This document shows, piece after piece, positions 29,492 to 38,588 of a stretch of DNA of 64,000 bases. The DNA is taken from contig JBBKVO010000017.1 of assembly GCA_037968475.1 (NCBI GenBank), positions 78,598-142,597 on the forward strand, written 5' to 3'. Under the pieces are notes generated by a model. The model had not been told where the DNA came from and did not search any database. It saw only the letters and a list, made by a program, of their open reading frames with translations. Made by a program: the position numbers and the translations under genes. Source of the stretch: Bacteroidia bacterium (GTDB taxonomy: Bacteria; Bacteroidota; Bacteroidia; UBA8524). Positions within the stretch are counted from its first letter, which is position 1. Every line of letters begins with the position of its first letter.

Positions 29492-29845
29492 CATTCCCCA
29501 ATTCATGTGTAATGCATATCGAGATCTCGAATCCCGAATACTTTCGGGATCAGCATGATGGGAGGCTTCTCTTATGGCAGCAACAAACTGCTATCACCAT
29601 AGCTAAGAAAACCGGAAGTTCCTTCAAGCGTCTGCGCTTGAAGACTGTGAATTGTAGCGTCCCGCTACTAGTAAGCAAGCGGTAACGCTTGTATATATAA
29701 TCCTTAAGCGAGGACGCTTAAGGGAACGAGCGCATTTCATTCCCCAATTCATATGTAATACATATCGAGATCCTGAAATAAATTCGGAATGACAGGCGGC
29801 TGATTACGGCAGCAACAAACTGCTATCGCCATAGCTAAGAAAACG
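29492..29845. repeat. ~246-bp direct duplication (copies at 29492-29615 and 29738-29845). Copy 2 includes the queA 3' end, so copy 1 re-creates the last 8 codons plus stop of queA.
   Basis: Both copies contain cattccccaattcat[g/a]tgtaat[g/a]catatcgagatc and ggcagcaacaaactgctatc[a/g]ccatagctaagaaaac; read directly. Confidence 0.7.
29622..29723. other. Array of four consecutive stem-loops with related stems ((c)aagcg-N4-cgctt(g), gtagcg-tcc-cgctac), one with a GNRA (gtaa) loop.
   Basis: Inverted repeats at 29622-29643, 29654-29668, 29675-29692 and 29702-29723, read directly. Confidence 0.5.
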
Positions 29846-31021
29846 ATAATCGTTTTCAAGCGCAGCGTTGTAAATCGTTTTCCAGTTCCCACCCACAAGT
29901 GCATCAACCAACAACAGCAGGGTAGAGGTAGGCTGATGAAAATTAGTAACCAAACCTTTGCATATTTTAAACTCATAACTAGGGGCGATTAAAAGTTCGG
30001 TTTCGCCAATCAACTGTTCCAATTGGTGCTTTTGCATAAAATTTAAAACAGCTTGCAAGCTTTCCGTCGCATCAATATTTTTAGCAGTAGTATATGGGCT
30101 TAGTTTATCAATTAAAAACTCGTGGTTAGTTTCCGTTAGCAATTTTACGCCATACCAATACAAGCTTTCAAGTGTGCGCATACTAGTTGTTCCTACAGCA
30201 ATAGTGTGGGCATGGTGTGCCAATACGTTCTCAATATTTTGACGGGTATATACCACCTGCTCGCGGTGCATAGGGTGAGTGCTTAGGTCTTTCACCTTCA
30301 CAGGTTGGAAAGTGCCCGCGCCAACGTGCAGCGTTAAAAAATCTTTGCCAATTCCTTTCTTCTCTAGCGCATCAAAAACAGCATCCGTAAAGTGTAAACC
30401 TGCTGTGGGTGCCGCTACCGAACCATCGTTTTTGGCATATACCGTTTGGTAGGTTTCGCGGTCGCTATCTGTGCTTTCACGGTTTAGGTAGGGCGGTATG
30501 GGTATTTGTCCCACTTGTCCCAATAATTCTGATAAGGTAATATGTTCAGGTTGCCAGCTTATTTGTACGTGCAGTCTTTCTCTGTTGCTTAGTTGGGCTT
30601 GTATATTAATCTCTTCGCCGTTAAGTTGCAGTTTACGCTCAAGCACTTCGTCGTTTTTCCATTTTTTTAGGTTACCCACCAAACACTCAAACGTAGCACT
30701 GCCTTGGGCAGCCATAGTTACCGATGTAATGCGAGATGGCAATACAGGGTGTAGCAAAAACACCTCAATTAGCGCGCCTGTAGCCCTGCGAAAATGCAAA
30801 CGGGCAGGTATTACCTTAGTATTATTAAAAAATAAAAAACTGTTTGCAGGCAGTAAATCGGGCAATTGGGCAAACTGTTTATGCTCAACCTTTCCACCCT
30901 TGTATAGCAATAACTTCGATTGGTCTCTAGCCGCCAACGGATATTTGGCTATTCGTTCATCGGGCAGGGGGTAGTTATACTCCTCAAGGTCTATTTGTTG
31001 CAGTTGTTCCAGTTTATTCAT
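29804..31021 (-). CDS. queA: S-adenosylmethionine:tRNA ribosyltransferase-isomerase.
   Basis: MNKLEQLQQIDLEEYNYPLPDERIAKYP... is a typical QueA N-terminus and the full length is conserved. The start was taken at the internal Met rather than the ORF-track Met at 31087. Confidence 0.85.
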   Translation of the reverse strand: MNKLEQLQQIDLEEYNYPLPDERIAKYPLAARDQSKLLLYKGGKVEHKQFAQLPDLLPANSFLFFNNTKVIPARLHFRRATGALIEVFLLHPVLPSRITSVTMAAQGSATFECLVGNLKKWKNDEVLERKLQLNGEEINIQAQLSNRERLHVQISWQPEHITLSELLGQVGQIPIPPYLNRESTDSDRETYQTVYAKNDGSVAAPTAGLHFTDAVFDALEKKGIGKDFLTLHVGAGTFQPVKVKDLSTHPMHREQVVYTRQNIENVLAHHAHTIAVGTTSMRTLESLYWYGVKLLTETNHEFLIDKLSPYTTAKNIDATESLQAVLNFMQKHQLEQLIGETELLIAPSYEFKICKGLVTNFHQPTSTLLLLVDALVGGNWKTIYNAALENDYRFLSYGDSSLLLP

Positions 31022-31125
31022 TGCTGGGCGCAAAAATATCTCGCCGCAGGCTATAAAAAAAATAGCAGATCTTTTTAGGTGCTGCAACTATTATCTGATT
31101 GGATTTGAAATCCTATTCTATACTA

Positions 31126-31174
31126 AAATTACAATGCGAAGCGGAACTTAAAGTTCCGCTTCGCATTGTAATTT
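31126..31174. repeat. 48-bp perfect palindrome (aaattacaatgcgaagcggaactt|aagttccgcttcgcattgtaattt).
   Basis: Read directly. Its arm termini are shared with the palindrome at 57771-57818. Confidence 0.7.
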
Positions 31175-31306
31175 AAAAACGGGGGGACCCCACCGCCTTC
31201 AATACATATTATCCTACTAAAGACTACGGGGCACACAAGGATTTTAATCCCCATGTGCCCCGTATCAAATTAAAAGCAGTTTAACCTGCTGAGTATATCT
31301 GTTTAA

Positions 31307-32101
31307 TTAAAACTTAGCTACTTTTTGTACTACTGCTATGCTACCTGTATTTACACTAACAACATAAATGCCTTTAGCCAGATTTTCTGTATTTAAAGTG
31401 TAGTTATCACCAACTATTACAGTATTCAATACCATTTTACCATCAAGGGTAAATACTTTTACATTAGCACGTTCAAAATTTTGAGTGCCTTTATCAATAG
31501 TTAGAGTGTTTGTAAAAGGTACAGGATAAATATTCATACCCGCAGCATCAAAACTTTTTACGCTGTTGGTGCCTGATTCGCTAATAACTAAACTTGAAGT
31601 TTTTACAATATCACCCGCATCTGATACGCCATTACCATTAGCCGCCATTACAGCCGCATTAAACGTAACATCACCTGTGCCTACTGCGGGCGCAGTCCAA
31701 GTAAACGTCCACGATTTTGAATCTGTTGCTTGTGTGCTAGCTAACCTATGGGTAACATACGCACCACCGCCTACTAATTGTGTTGCTGACGATGCAATTA
31801 ATGTTCCTGCCGATGTACGGCATTGGAAACCAAAACGAGGACGACCTACTTCTGCCGATGTAACGGTGATATTGTACGTAGTGCCTGAAACATAACCACC
31901 TACGGGAACATCAGAAGTAATGGCATTGGCTACCGTGCCTGCAGTACCACCATGGCATCCAGCTTGTGCACAAGTGGTTTCGCCTGCACCTGTATTACCT
32001 GCGGGAGCACCTGTTGAGTTTGAATGCCCTGTTTGTGGGTTGATAGAAATAATGGCCATGCTTACAAATGCCATGACGATAAGAGTGTAGATGTACTTCA
32101 T
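31307..32101 (-). CDS. Secreted protein with an N-terminal C-x4-CH (CAQAGCHG) motif and a T9SS C-terminal sorting domain.
   Basis: Signal peptide. The C-terminal ~80 aa (MNIYPVPF...VKVFTLDGKMV...GIYVVSVNTGS..VQKVAKF) match the Por/T9SS CTD pattern. Confidence 0.6.
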   Translation of the reverse strand: MKYIYTLIVMAFVSMAIISINPQTGHSNSTGAPAGNTGAGETTCAQAGCHGGTAGTVANAITSDVPVGGYVSGTTYNITVTSAEVGRPRFGFQCRTSAGTLIASSATQLVGGGAYVTHRLASTQATDSKSWTFTWTAPAVGTGDVTFNAAVMAANGNGVSDAGDIVKTSSLVISESGTNSVKSFDAAGMNIYPVPFTNTLTIDKGTQNFERANVKVFTLDGKMVLNTVIVGDNYTLNTENLAKGIYVVSVNTGSIAVVQKVAKF

Positions 32102-32210
32102 TGATTTTTGTTAGGGTTTAAAAAAGTTGAAAATAAATAAAAAATCCTTGTCAACGAATATTGACAAGGATTTTTTGTGAAGCGTTGTATCTACAACTAT
32201 AAAATTTTTA

Positions 32211-32855
32211 TTACTTGTGTGCAGTAAGATATTTGGCTACACCATCAGCGTCGGCCACCATACCTTCTTGTCCTTTTTCCCAGTTTGCAGGGCAAACTTC
32301 ACCCTTTTCTTCAAAGAAAAGTAAAGCATCAATCATACGTAAAGTTTCGTCGATATTGCGACCAAGTGGCATATCATTTACTACTTGGTGGCGTACCAAA
32401 CCTTCTTTATCTATAAGGAAAAGACCACGATATGCAACAGCTTCATCACCTTTATCACTTACAAAAACCATTTCGCCTTCTTCGTTATAATCGTAATGGC
32501 CCGCCAATACACCATAATTCATAGATATAGTTTTTTCCAAATCGGCAACCAAAGGATATTTTACACCTTCAATACCACCTTTTTCTTGTGGGGTGTTTAC
32601 CCAAGCCCAGTGCGAAAATTTAGAATCTACTGAGCAACCAACTACTTGCACACCACGACTTTCAAAATCGGCAATGCGTTTTTGGAAAGCAATAATTTCG
32701 GTAGGGCATACAAATGTGAAATCAAGAGGGTAAAAGAAAAACACAACGTGTTTTTTACCTAGATATTGGGTTAGTGAAAAATTTTCTGCAAATTCACCGT
32801 TCACTACGGCATCTGCACTAAATACAGGAGCTTTTTTTCCTACTAATACTGACAT
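32211..32855 (-). CDS. Peroxiredoxin (typical 2-Cys, AhpC/TSA/Prx1 family).
   Basis: FFFYPLDFTFVCPTEI peroxidatic-Cys motif, plus the C-terminal resolving-Cys region (GEVCPANW). Confidence 0.85.
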   Translation of the reverse strand: MSVLVGKKAPVFSADAVVNGEFAENFSLTQYLGKKHVVFFFYPLDFTFVCPTEIIAFQKRIADFESRGVQVVGCSVDSKFSHWAWVNTPQEKGGIEGVKYPLVADLEKTISMNYGVLAGHYDYNEEGEMVFVSDKGDEAVAYRGLFLIDKEGLVRHQVVNDMPLGRNIDETLRMIDALLFFEEKGEVCPANWEKGQEGMVADADGVAKYLTAHK

Positions 32856-32956
32856 TGTTTTAATATTTGTTTAGATTAACAACTTAAAATGAAAATTGAT
32901 TTGCAAAAGTAGGGTTTTTGTTGCTATTGTTGATATGAACTTACAGTAATCTAGGC

Positions 32957-33952
32957 ATGAGAAGCATACTAAAATCAAAATTATATTTACTGTTTACCCT
33001 CATAGCTTTTACTCTTGCTATAGGTACCGGCGGCTATATGATTATAGAAGGTTTTGATTTTATTGATGCCATTTATATGACGGTGATAACCATCTCTACC
33101 ACAGGCTTTGGTGAGGTGCATCCGCTAACCGATGGCGGCAGAATATTTACTATACTACTACTCATCTTCGCTTTGGGTGTATTTGCCTACTCTATAGGCT
33201 CCATATCGTCCTACCTGCTTGATGGTGATTTTATGGTGCTGCTACGCAAACGAAGAATACGCAAACAAGCTAAAAAAATGGAAAACCATGTTATAATATG
33301 CGGCTATGGGCGCAATGGGCGCAAAGCCGCAGAAATGTTTACCCTACACAAAACCCCATTTGTAGTTATTGAGCGTAAGCACGAGTTGTGTATGGAACTA
33401 CGCGAAAAAAACATATCGGTATTTGAAGAAAGCGCATTGGAGGATGAAGTGCTACTTTCAGCAGGAATAATGAATGCCCGCGCACTTATGTGTGCCCTGC
33501 CCGATGATACCGATAACTTATACGTGGTGCTATCAGCCAGAGAGATGAACAAAGAACTTCATATTATTAGCCGTGCCAGTAACGATAGTGTAGAGAAAAA
33601 ACTGAAAATTGCAGGCGCAACCGAAGTAATAAAACCCGATTTTTTGGGAGGTATGCACATGGCCTACCTAATTATAAATCCCGATGTAAAAGAGTTTATT
33701 GATTTTGTAACCCATGATGCCGAAAATATGTTTCACGAGATTGACCTTGAGTTATACATGAAGCTTTGGGATAAACCTATACGAGAATTACGCAAACACA
33801 GCGCACTTGATATTAGTATTGTGGGGTTAAAAAATAATACGGGCGCTTATACAGTTAACCCACCGGAAGATACCTTAATGACCCGCCACCAACAATTAAT
33901 AGTATTAGCCACCACACAACAATTAGAAGCCTTTAAGCACAACTTTGCTTAA
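32957..33952 (+). CDS. Potassium channel with an RCK (TrkA-N/TrkA-C) regulatory domain.
   Basis: Two TM helices flank the selectivity-filter-like TISTTGFGEV. A Rossmann-like VIICGYGRNG (TrkA-N) follows. Confidence 0.7.
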   Translation: MRSILKSKLYLLFTLIAFTLAIGTGGYMIIEGFDFIDAIYMTVITISTTGFGEVHPLTDGGRIFTILLLIFALGVFAYSIGSISSYLLDGDFMVLLRKRRIRKQAKKMENHVIICGYGRNGRKAAEMFTLHKTPFVVIERKHELCMELREKNISVFEESALEDEVLLSAGIMNARALMCALPDDTDNLYVVLSAREMNKELHIISRASNDSVEKKLKIAGATEVIKPDFLGGMHMAYLIINPDVKEFIDFVTHDAENMFHEIDLELYMKLWDKPIRELRKHSALDISIVGLKNNTGAYTVNPPEDTLMTRHQQLIVLATTQQLEAFKHNFA

Positions 33953-33965
33953 TTAATTAAATACC

Positions 33966-35453
33966 ATGCTTGCACAGTTACAGCAAAATTTTGAGCAATA
34001 TGCAGCTCAAAATGCGTTTTATATTAAAGGTACATTTTATACCTACAATCAACTAGCAAAAAAAACATATACCATTGCTAATTGGCTAAAAACAAACAAC
34101 CCAAACCATCAACCCGTTGGCATAATAGCCGACGACCATATTGATACCTACGCGGCACTTTTGGGTATATTACTAAGTGGCGCAGCTTATGTGCCTATAC
34201 TCCCCGATTATCCTAAAGACCGTAGCCAAAGCATTATTGCCCAAGCAGGGCTGCACATACTACTTAGTCCACACCCTGCTGCACAATTGCAAGCAGCTAT
34301 AAGCAATACTAACGTTATAACAGAAATAGCAACATTGCCCACTTTTGATGGGGCATATACCCTACCAAAAATTAGTGAGAGTGATTTTGCGTACATACTT
34401 TTTACTTCGGGTAGTACTGGGGTGCCTAAAGGCGTACCGTTAACCCACCAAAACCTTTGGGGTTTTATGGATTCGTTTTTTGCTTTGGGGTATGAGTTAA
34501 GCCCCGAAGATCGTTTTTTACAGATGTTCGACCTTACGTTCGACCTCTCTGTAATGTCGTACCTAGCGCCATTATTAGTGGGCGGCTGCGTATATACCGT
34601 TAATCCTGAAGAAATTAAATACATGGCTATTTATAGCTTGCTAGAAGATCATAAACTCACCTTTACCCTTATGGTTCCTTCTATGCTTAGTTATTTGCGC
34701 CCTTATTTTGAAGATATTGAATTGCCCCACCTGCGACACTCGCTGTTTTGTGGCGAAGCATTGTATGCCGATATAGCTAAAGAATGGCAAGCCTGCTTAC
34801 CCAATGGGCAAGTGCAAAACGTATACGGCCCTACTGAGGCTACTATATTTTGTCTTACCTACAACTGTGGCGAAACCATAAAAAGCTATAACGAAATGGT
34901 GTGCATAGGCCAGACTATGAAAAACGTAAAAGCCATAGTAGTGGGTGATACTAACCAACCCGTAGTAAAAGGCGAAAAGGGCGAACTATGCGTAACGGGT
35001 GCACAAGTAACCCCTGGCTATTTGCACAACTCCGAGAAAAACCAAGAAGCATTTTTTGAACTGAACAATACACGCTACTACCGCACGGGTGATATTGTAT
35101 ACCAAGACGAAAGTGGCGATTATATGTATTGTGGCCGTGTTGATTATCAGGTGAAGGTAAAAGGCGGTTTTAGAGTTGAACTGAATGAAATTGAAGCCCA
35201 TGCCCGACACCATACCCAACTTAGCGGAGTAGTGGCCGTAGCAGTGGCTAACAGCATAGGTATAGCTCAAATATTTTTATACTTAGAAGATTATAAGGGC
35301 GATATAAACCAACTAACAGGCTACCTAAAAACCCAAATGCCCGATTATATGTTGCCCGAAAAAATTATTAATATCCCTATTTTTCCTCTAAACGATAATG
35401 GCAAAGTAGACCGCAAACAACTTACCATTTTGTTATCATCAAAAGCATTATGA
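33966..35453 (+). CDS. AMP-binding (adenylate-forming) enzyme; the adenylation domain is DltA/NRPS-A-like.
   Basis: Core motifs LFTSGSTGVPKGV, YGPTE, YRTGD and VKVKGGFRVELNEIE. Confidence 0.8.
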   Translation: MLAQLQQNFEQYAAQNAFYIKGTFYTYNQLAKKTYTIANWLKTNNPNHQPVGIIADDHIDTYAALLGILLSGAAYVPILPDYPKDRSQSIIAQAGLHILLSPHPAAQLQAAISNTNVITEIATLPTFDGAYTLPKISESDFAYILFTSGSTGVPKGVPLTHQNLWGFMDSFFALGYELSPEDRFLQMFDLTFDLSVMSYLAPLLVGGCVYTVNPEEIKYMAIYSLLEDHKLTFTLMVPSMLSYLRPYFEDIELPHLRHSLFCGEALYADIAKEWQACLPNGQVQNVYGPTEATIFCLTYNCGETIKSYNEMVCIGQTMKNVKAIVVGDTNQPVVKGEKGELCVTGAQVTPGYLHNSEKNQEAFFELNNTRYYRTGDIVYQDESGDYMYCGRVDYQVKVKGGFRVELNEIEAHARHHTQLSGVVAVAVANSIGIAQIFLYLEDYKGDINQLTGYLKTQMPDYMLPEKIINIPIFPLNDNGKVDRKQLTILLSSKAL

Positions 35454-36106
35454 AGAAAATAAATATTGTACCCTCAGCAACTAGCGATATTGATTTTATT
35501 ACCACTGCCGTTTTTGCAGCCGTAAAAAGTGGTACTGATATTCTTACCTACTCAACCCTTTTTGAAAAAAGTGAAGAAGAACTTCTACCCTTGTTTAAAG
35601 AAATGATTAAAGAAGATATAGAGGGGCAAGAACTTTGGCTAAGCGGCTTTTTATTAGCCGAAGAGTACGACGGCACACCTGCTGCTACTTGTTGTGCTTG
35701 GATAGAGGGAGAAAAAGGTCCATCTTCTATGCTGACGGCACAGTTACTCTCGTTTACATTAGGTACTGAAACCTATAAAAAAGCACTTGAGAAACAGGAG
35801 GTGATAGAAAGTATGAGGATAGACCGTGCGGAAGGTGCAGTACAAATAGAACACGTATACACCGCCCCTAACTATAGAGGTAGAGGCTTGGCGGCGCGGG
35901 TAATTGAAAAGCAAATAGAGCTTTATAAATTCATACAACCTGAAATACAAAAAGCACAAATTATACTATTTAAAACCAATCAAAACGCACTAAACGCCTA
36001 TACCAATATGGGGTTTAAAATAGTAAAAGAGCAGCATAGCAATCATCCGCAAGTGCTGGATTACTTCCCTGCCAATACAAGGGTATTGATGGAAAAAGAT
36101 ATTTAG
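35450..36106 (+). CDS. GNAT-family acetyltransferase-like protein.
   Basis: VYTAPNYRGRGLAARVI is the acetyl-CoA-binding motif A (R/Q-x-x-G-x-G/A). The ORF overlaps the upstream stop by 4 nt. Confidence 0.5.
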   Translation: MKKINIVPSATSDIDFITTAVFAAVKSGTDILTYSTLFEKSEEELLPLFKEMIKEDIEGQELWLSGFLLAEEYDGTPAATCCAWIEGEKGPSSMLTAQLLSFTLGTETYKKALEKQEVIESMRIDRAEGAVQIEHVYTAPNYRGRGLAARVIEKQIELYKFIQPEIQKAQIILFKTNQNALNAYTNMGFKIVKEQHSNHPQVLDYFPANTRVLMEKDI

Positions 36107-36121
36107 CTCAAAAATTTTCGA

Positions 36122-36440
36122 TAGGTATAAAACCCATCGTTTTGAAGTTACACCATAGCTGGCGCGCGCGTCCGCTCGTGCCAAGAATAATAGAGCGTCC
36201 GCTCGACAGTGAAATGCTATTGGTTGTTTTTTTCATCCCCCTGCCCCCCTTCGCTTACGAGCTTATGTTTCACTCCTTCGACTCCGCTCAGGATGACAGC
36301 GCACAAAGAGGATAATGCAGGGCTTATCATCTTGATAAAAGACGCAAAACCAAAGGGTAGTGGCGTGGCTTCCCTCCTTGTGCCGTCGTCCTGAGCGAAG
36401 TCGAAGGGTTGTGTACTGATAAGGAGGGATTGAGGGTGGT
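36122..36440. repeat. Composite intergenic repeat element (modules M1-M3). Module M3 is present in direct (36271-36320) and inverted (36384-36412) orientation and forms a long imperfect hairpin.
   Basis: M1 is ggtataaaacccatcgttttgaagttaca and M2 is gagcgtccgctcg (twice). M3 is ctccttcgactccgctcaggatgacagcgcacaaagagg. Homologous copies lie at 39543-39665, 42005-42100 and 57745-57780. Confidence 0.65.
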
Positions 36441-36500
36441 AGAGAAGTTGACGTATTGATTTTAATAAGTCTCTTAACCCAAACTTCCCGTTATTTAAAC

Positions 36501-37760
36501 TTACCTATTCAAAATAGCTTTGGCGTAGTTTTCCCAACTTAGTAATTTAGCAGTTTCAGTAATGTTTTGACGCGGTATGGGGTGTTCAATAAATCGTTCC
36601 ATTTGTGCCGCCATACTGTCAATATCCTCAGCTTCGGCAAGGTAGCCGTTAAAACCGTCTTTTATAGTTTCAGGAAAATGTCCCACTTTGGTAGCCAGCA
36701 CAGGCACATTAAAATTGTACGATAAACTTTCTACACCCGATGGTGTGGCCGTAAGATAATACAACAGCACTACATCACTCACCTGCCAATATTTATTCAC
36801 CTCTTCGTTAGGCACAAATCGGTTCACAATCACCGTGCGGTCTTGTAAATTCAATTCATCCACCAAATCAATAGGTCTATAATCCTGCTCGTTATCACTG
36901 TTTTTCAGTACTAACGATTTTGCAAATTTGAATAGGTTTTGTTTTATCCGTGTGCCTAGTTTTTTATTGTCCAGCGTATTCCAAAACGATTCGCCCACAA
37001 TAAGTAAACTCACATCATCACGCTTATCGGCCACCTTTTTAAATGCTTTTATGGCATTGTGCAACCCCTTGTATTTACGTATAAACCCAAAATACAAAAA
37101 CACGTATTTGCGTAGGCCAAGTTCAGTTTTTACCGCCTCCATATTAAAATTGGGGTCGGGTTGGTATAAATCGTATATGGGGTGGTATAGTTTTATTACC
37201 GTATTTGTGCCGTCTTTAGCCCTATCGCCCGTTTCGTTTACCGTTATTTTTAGTTCGGGTAAAGTACTGGTTAGTTCATCCACCGTTTTATAGGCATGGG
37301 TGAGGTAGGTATTGGCTTTTTTTAGCCCGTAGCGGGTAAAAAATTTATCTACGCTACTGCTCTCTTTTTGCACCACAAGGTGGCAATCAAAAATCACCTC
37401 AATATTGGTTTTCAGCAATCGGCGCGCCATCCAGCCCATAGGTAAACCCTGCAAAGCAATAGCCCACTGAAAAATAACCATATCGGGCTTTAACCCTTTT
37501 ATCAAACTAACTGTTTTTGCCCAACTAAAAGGGTTATTATAGTTGGTGATGTAAGTTACCTTTATGTTAGTCCCTTCCAAATGGTCGGTTTTACTGCTAC
37601 GATCAATAAAATCTCGCGGAATAATGGCAGGGTATTGTTGTGTCCACGATACTATGTGTACCTCAACCCCCAACTTATCCAAAGCCTTTGCCAGCGATGT
37701 ATTGTAATTACTAATTCCTCCTTTAAACTGTGGGCCGGGCCCAAATAAAACTGCTTTCAT
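36501..37760 (-). CDS. Glycosyltransferase (GT4/GT1-like).
   Basis: Two Rossmann-like halves. C-terminal ..VGHFPETIKDGFNGYL is a GT-B donor-binding motif. Confidence 0.65.
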   Translation of the reverse strand: MKAVLFGPGPQFKGGISNYNTSLAKALDKLGVEVHIVSWTQQYPAIIPRDFIDRSSKTDHLEGTNIKVTYITNYNNPFSWAKTVSLIKGLKPDMVIFQWAIALQGLPMGWMARRLLKTNIEVIFDCHLVVQKESSSVDKFFTRYGLKKANTYLTHAYKTVDELTSTLPELKITVNETGDRAKDGTNTVIKLYHPIYDLYQPDPNFNMEAVKTELGLRKYVFLYFGFIRKYKGLHNAIKAFKKVADKRDDVSLLIVGESFWNTLDNKKLGTRIKQNLFKFAKSLVLKNSDNEQDYRPIDLVDELNLQDRTVIVNRFVPNEEVNKYWQVSDVVLLYYLTATPSGVESLSYNFNVPVLATKVGHFPETIKDGFNGYLAEAEDIDSMAAQMERFIEHPIPRQNITETAKLLSWENYAKAILNR

Positions 37761-37782
37761 CCTTAACTGCGAAGGTAAAGTA

Positions 37783-38586
37783 TTGAAACTAAGTTTTAAA
37801 AATGAAAATATTCAAGTAGATTACATTAAATTTCTATCTATGGTATTACTCTTTCCAAAAAAAGATATAGCTCAACCTCCTTTTCATCTTTCGGAGGGAA
37901 TGTCAAGTTTTACTATTGTTATTACTGTAGGGCTGATTACAATTGTCACTGTAATCATTTTAAGAATTCTAAATAAAAGGTTAATAAAAATTGAAGATGA
38001 ATCAAATGTTACTGAAAATATTATTAATGATGATGACTACGAATATTATTTAAAAACTAATGTTCTCGATGATATTGAAGAAAATATATCTGAATACAAT
38101 ATCTCCCAAAAAGAAGCAAAAAAAAGAGCATACAGCTTTTTATATTTAGGCTTTCTGATTGCAACTATAGGTCTAATTATATTTCTATTTTTAATAATTG
38201 TTCCTATTAGCTATTTCTTTAACCTGTATTCTTCCTCAGAAATAAGCAATATTGCTTTGCTTTTTATAAGCAAGTTTAGTGTTTTTATATTCATAGAGTC
38301 CATCGCGTTTTATCTATTTAGACAATACAGACTTAATATGGATGACTATAAATATTTTGATTCCCTTAAAAGACAAATAATTGGGAATAAAATTTTATTC
38401 AAAATAAAACACCAATACCCAGAGGCGTATAATGATTTAAAAATAGATATGAAGTTGTTTGACAATCCCGATAAACTGCAAAATGGGGAAACTACAATTA
38501 GTGTAAAAAACAGACGACTTACTCAAAACGATGACGTTTTTATCAATAAACTAACCGAATCCATATTGAACAAATTAGGAAAGTAA
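37783..38586 (+). CDS. Hypothetical membrane protein.
   Basis: ORF with several hydrophobic helices; the start is uncertain. Confidence 0.35.
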   Translation: MKLSFKNENIQVDYIKFLSMVLLFPKKDIAQPPFHLSEGMSSFTIVITVGLITIVTVIILRILNKRLIKIEDESNVTENIINDDDYEYYLKTNVLDDIEENISEYNISQKEAKKRAYSFLYLGFLIATIGLIIFLFLIIVPISYFFNLYSSSEISNIALLFISKFSVFIFIESIAFYLFRQYRLNMDDYKYFDSLKRQIIGNKILFKIKHQYPEAYNDLKIDMKLFDNPDKLQNGETTISVKNRRLTQNDDVFINKLTESILNKLGK

Positions 38587-38588
38587 CC

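Noticed and set aside
29521-29552. tRNA-like T-arm fragment (ctcgaatcccgaa) and a 12-bp palindrome (tcgagatctcga).
   Set aside because: There is no acceptor stem, D-arm or anticodon structure around it. I interpret it as part of the duplicated repeat, not a tRNA.
29357-29845. CRISPR array.
   Set aside because: The repeats occur only twice, are ~120 bp long and are not regularly spaced with unique spacers. No cas genes are nearby.
31022-31087. Longer queA start (MQHLKRSAIFF...) from the ORF track.
   Set aside because: The internal Met (MNKLEQLQQ...) matches the conserved QueA N-terminus. The upstream extension is probably not translated.
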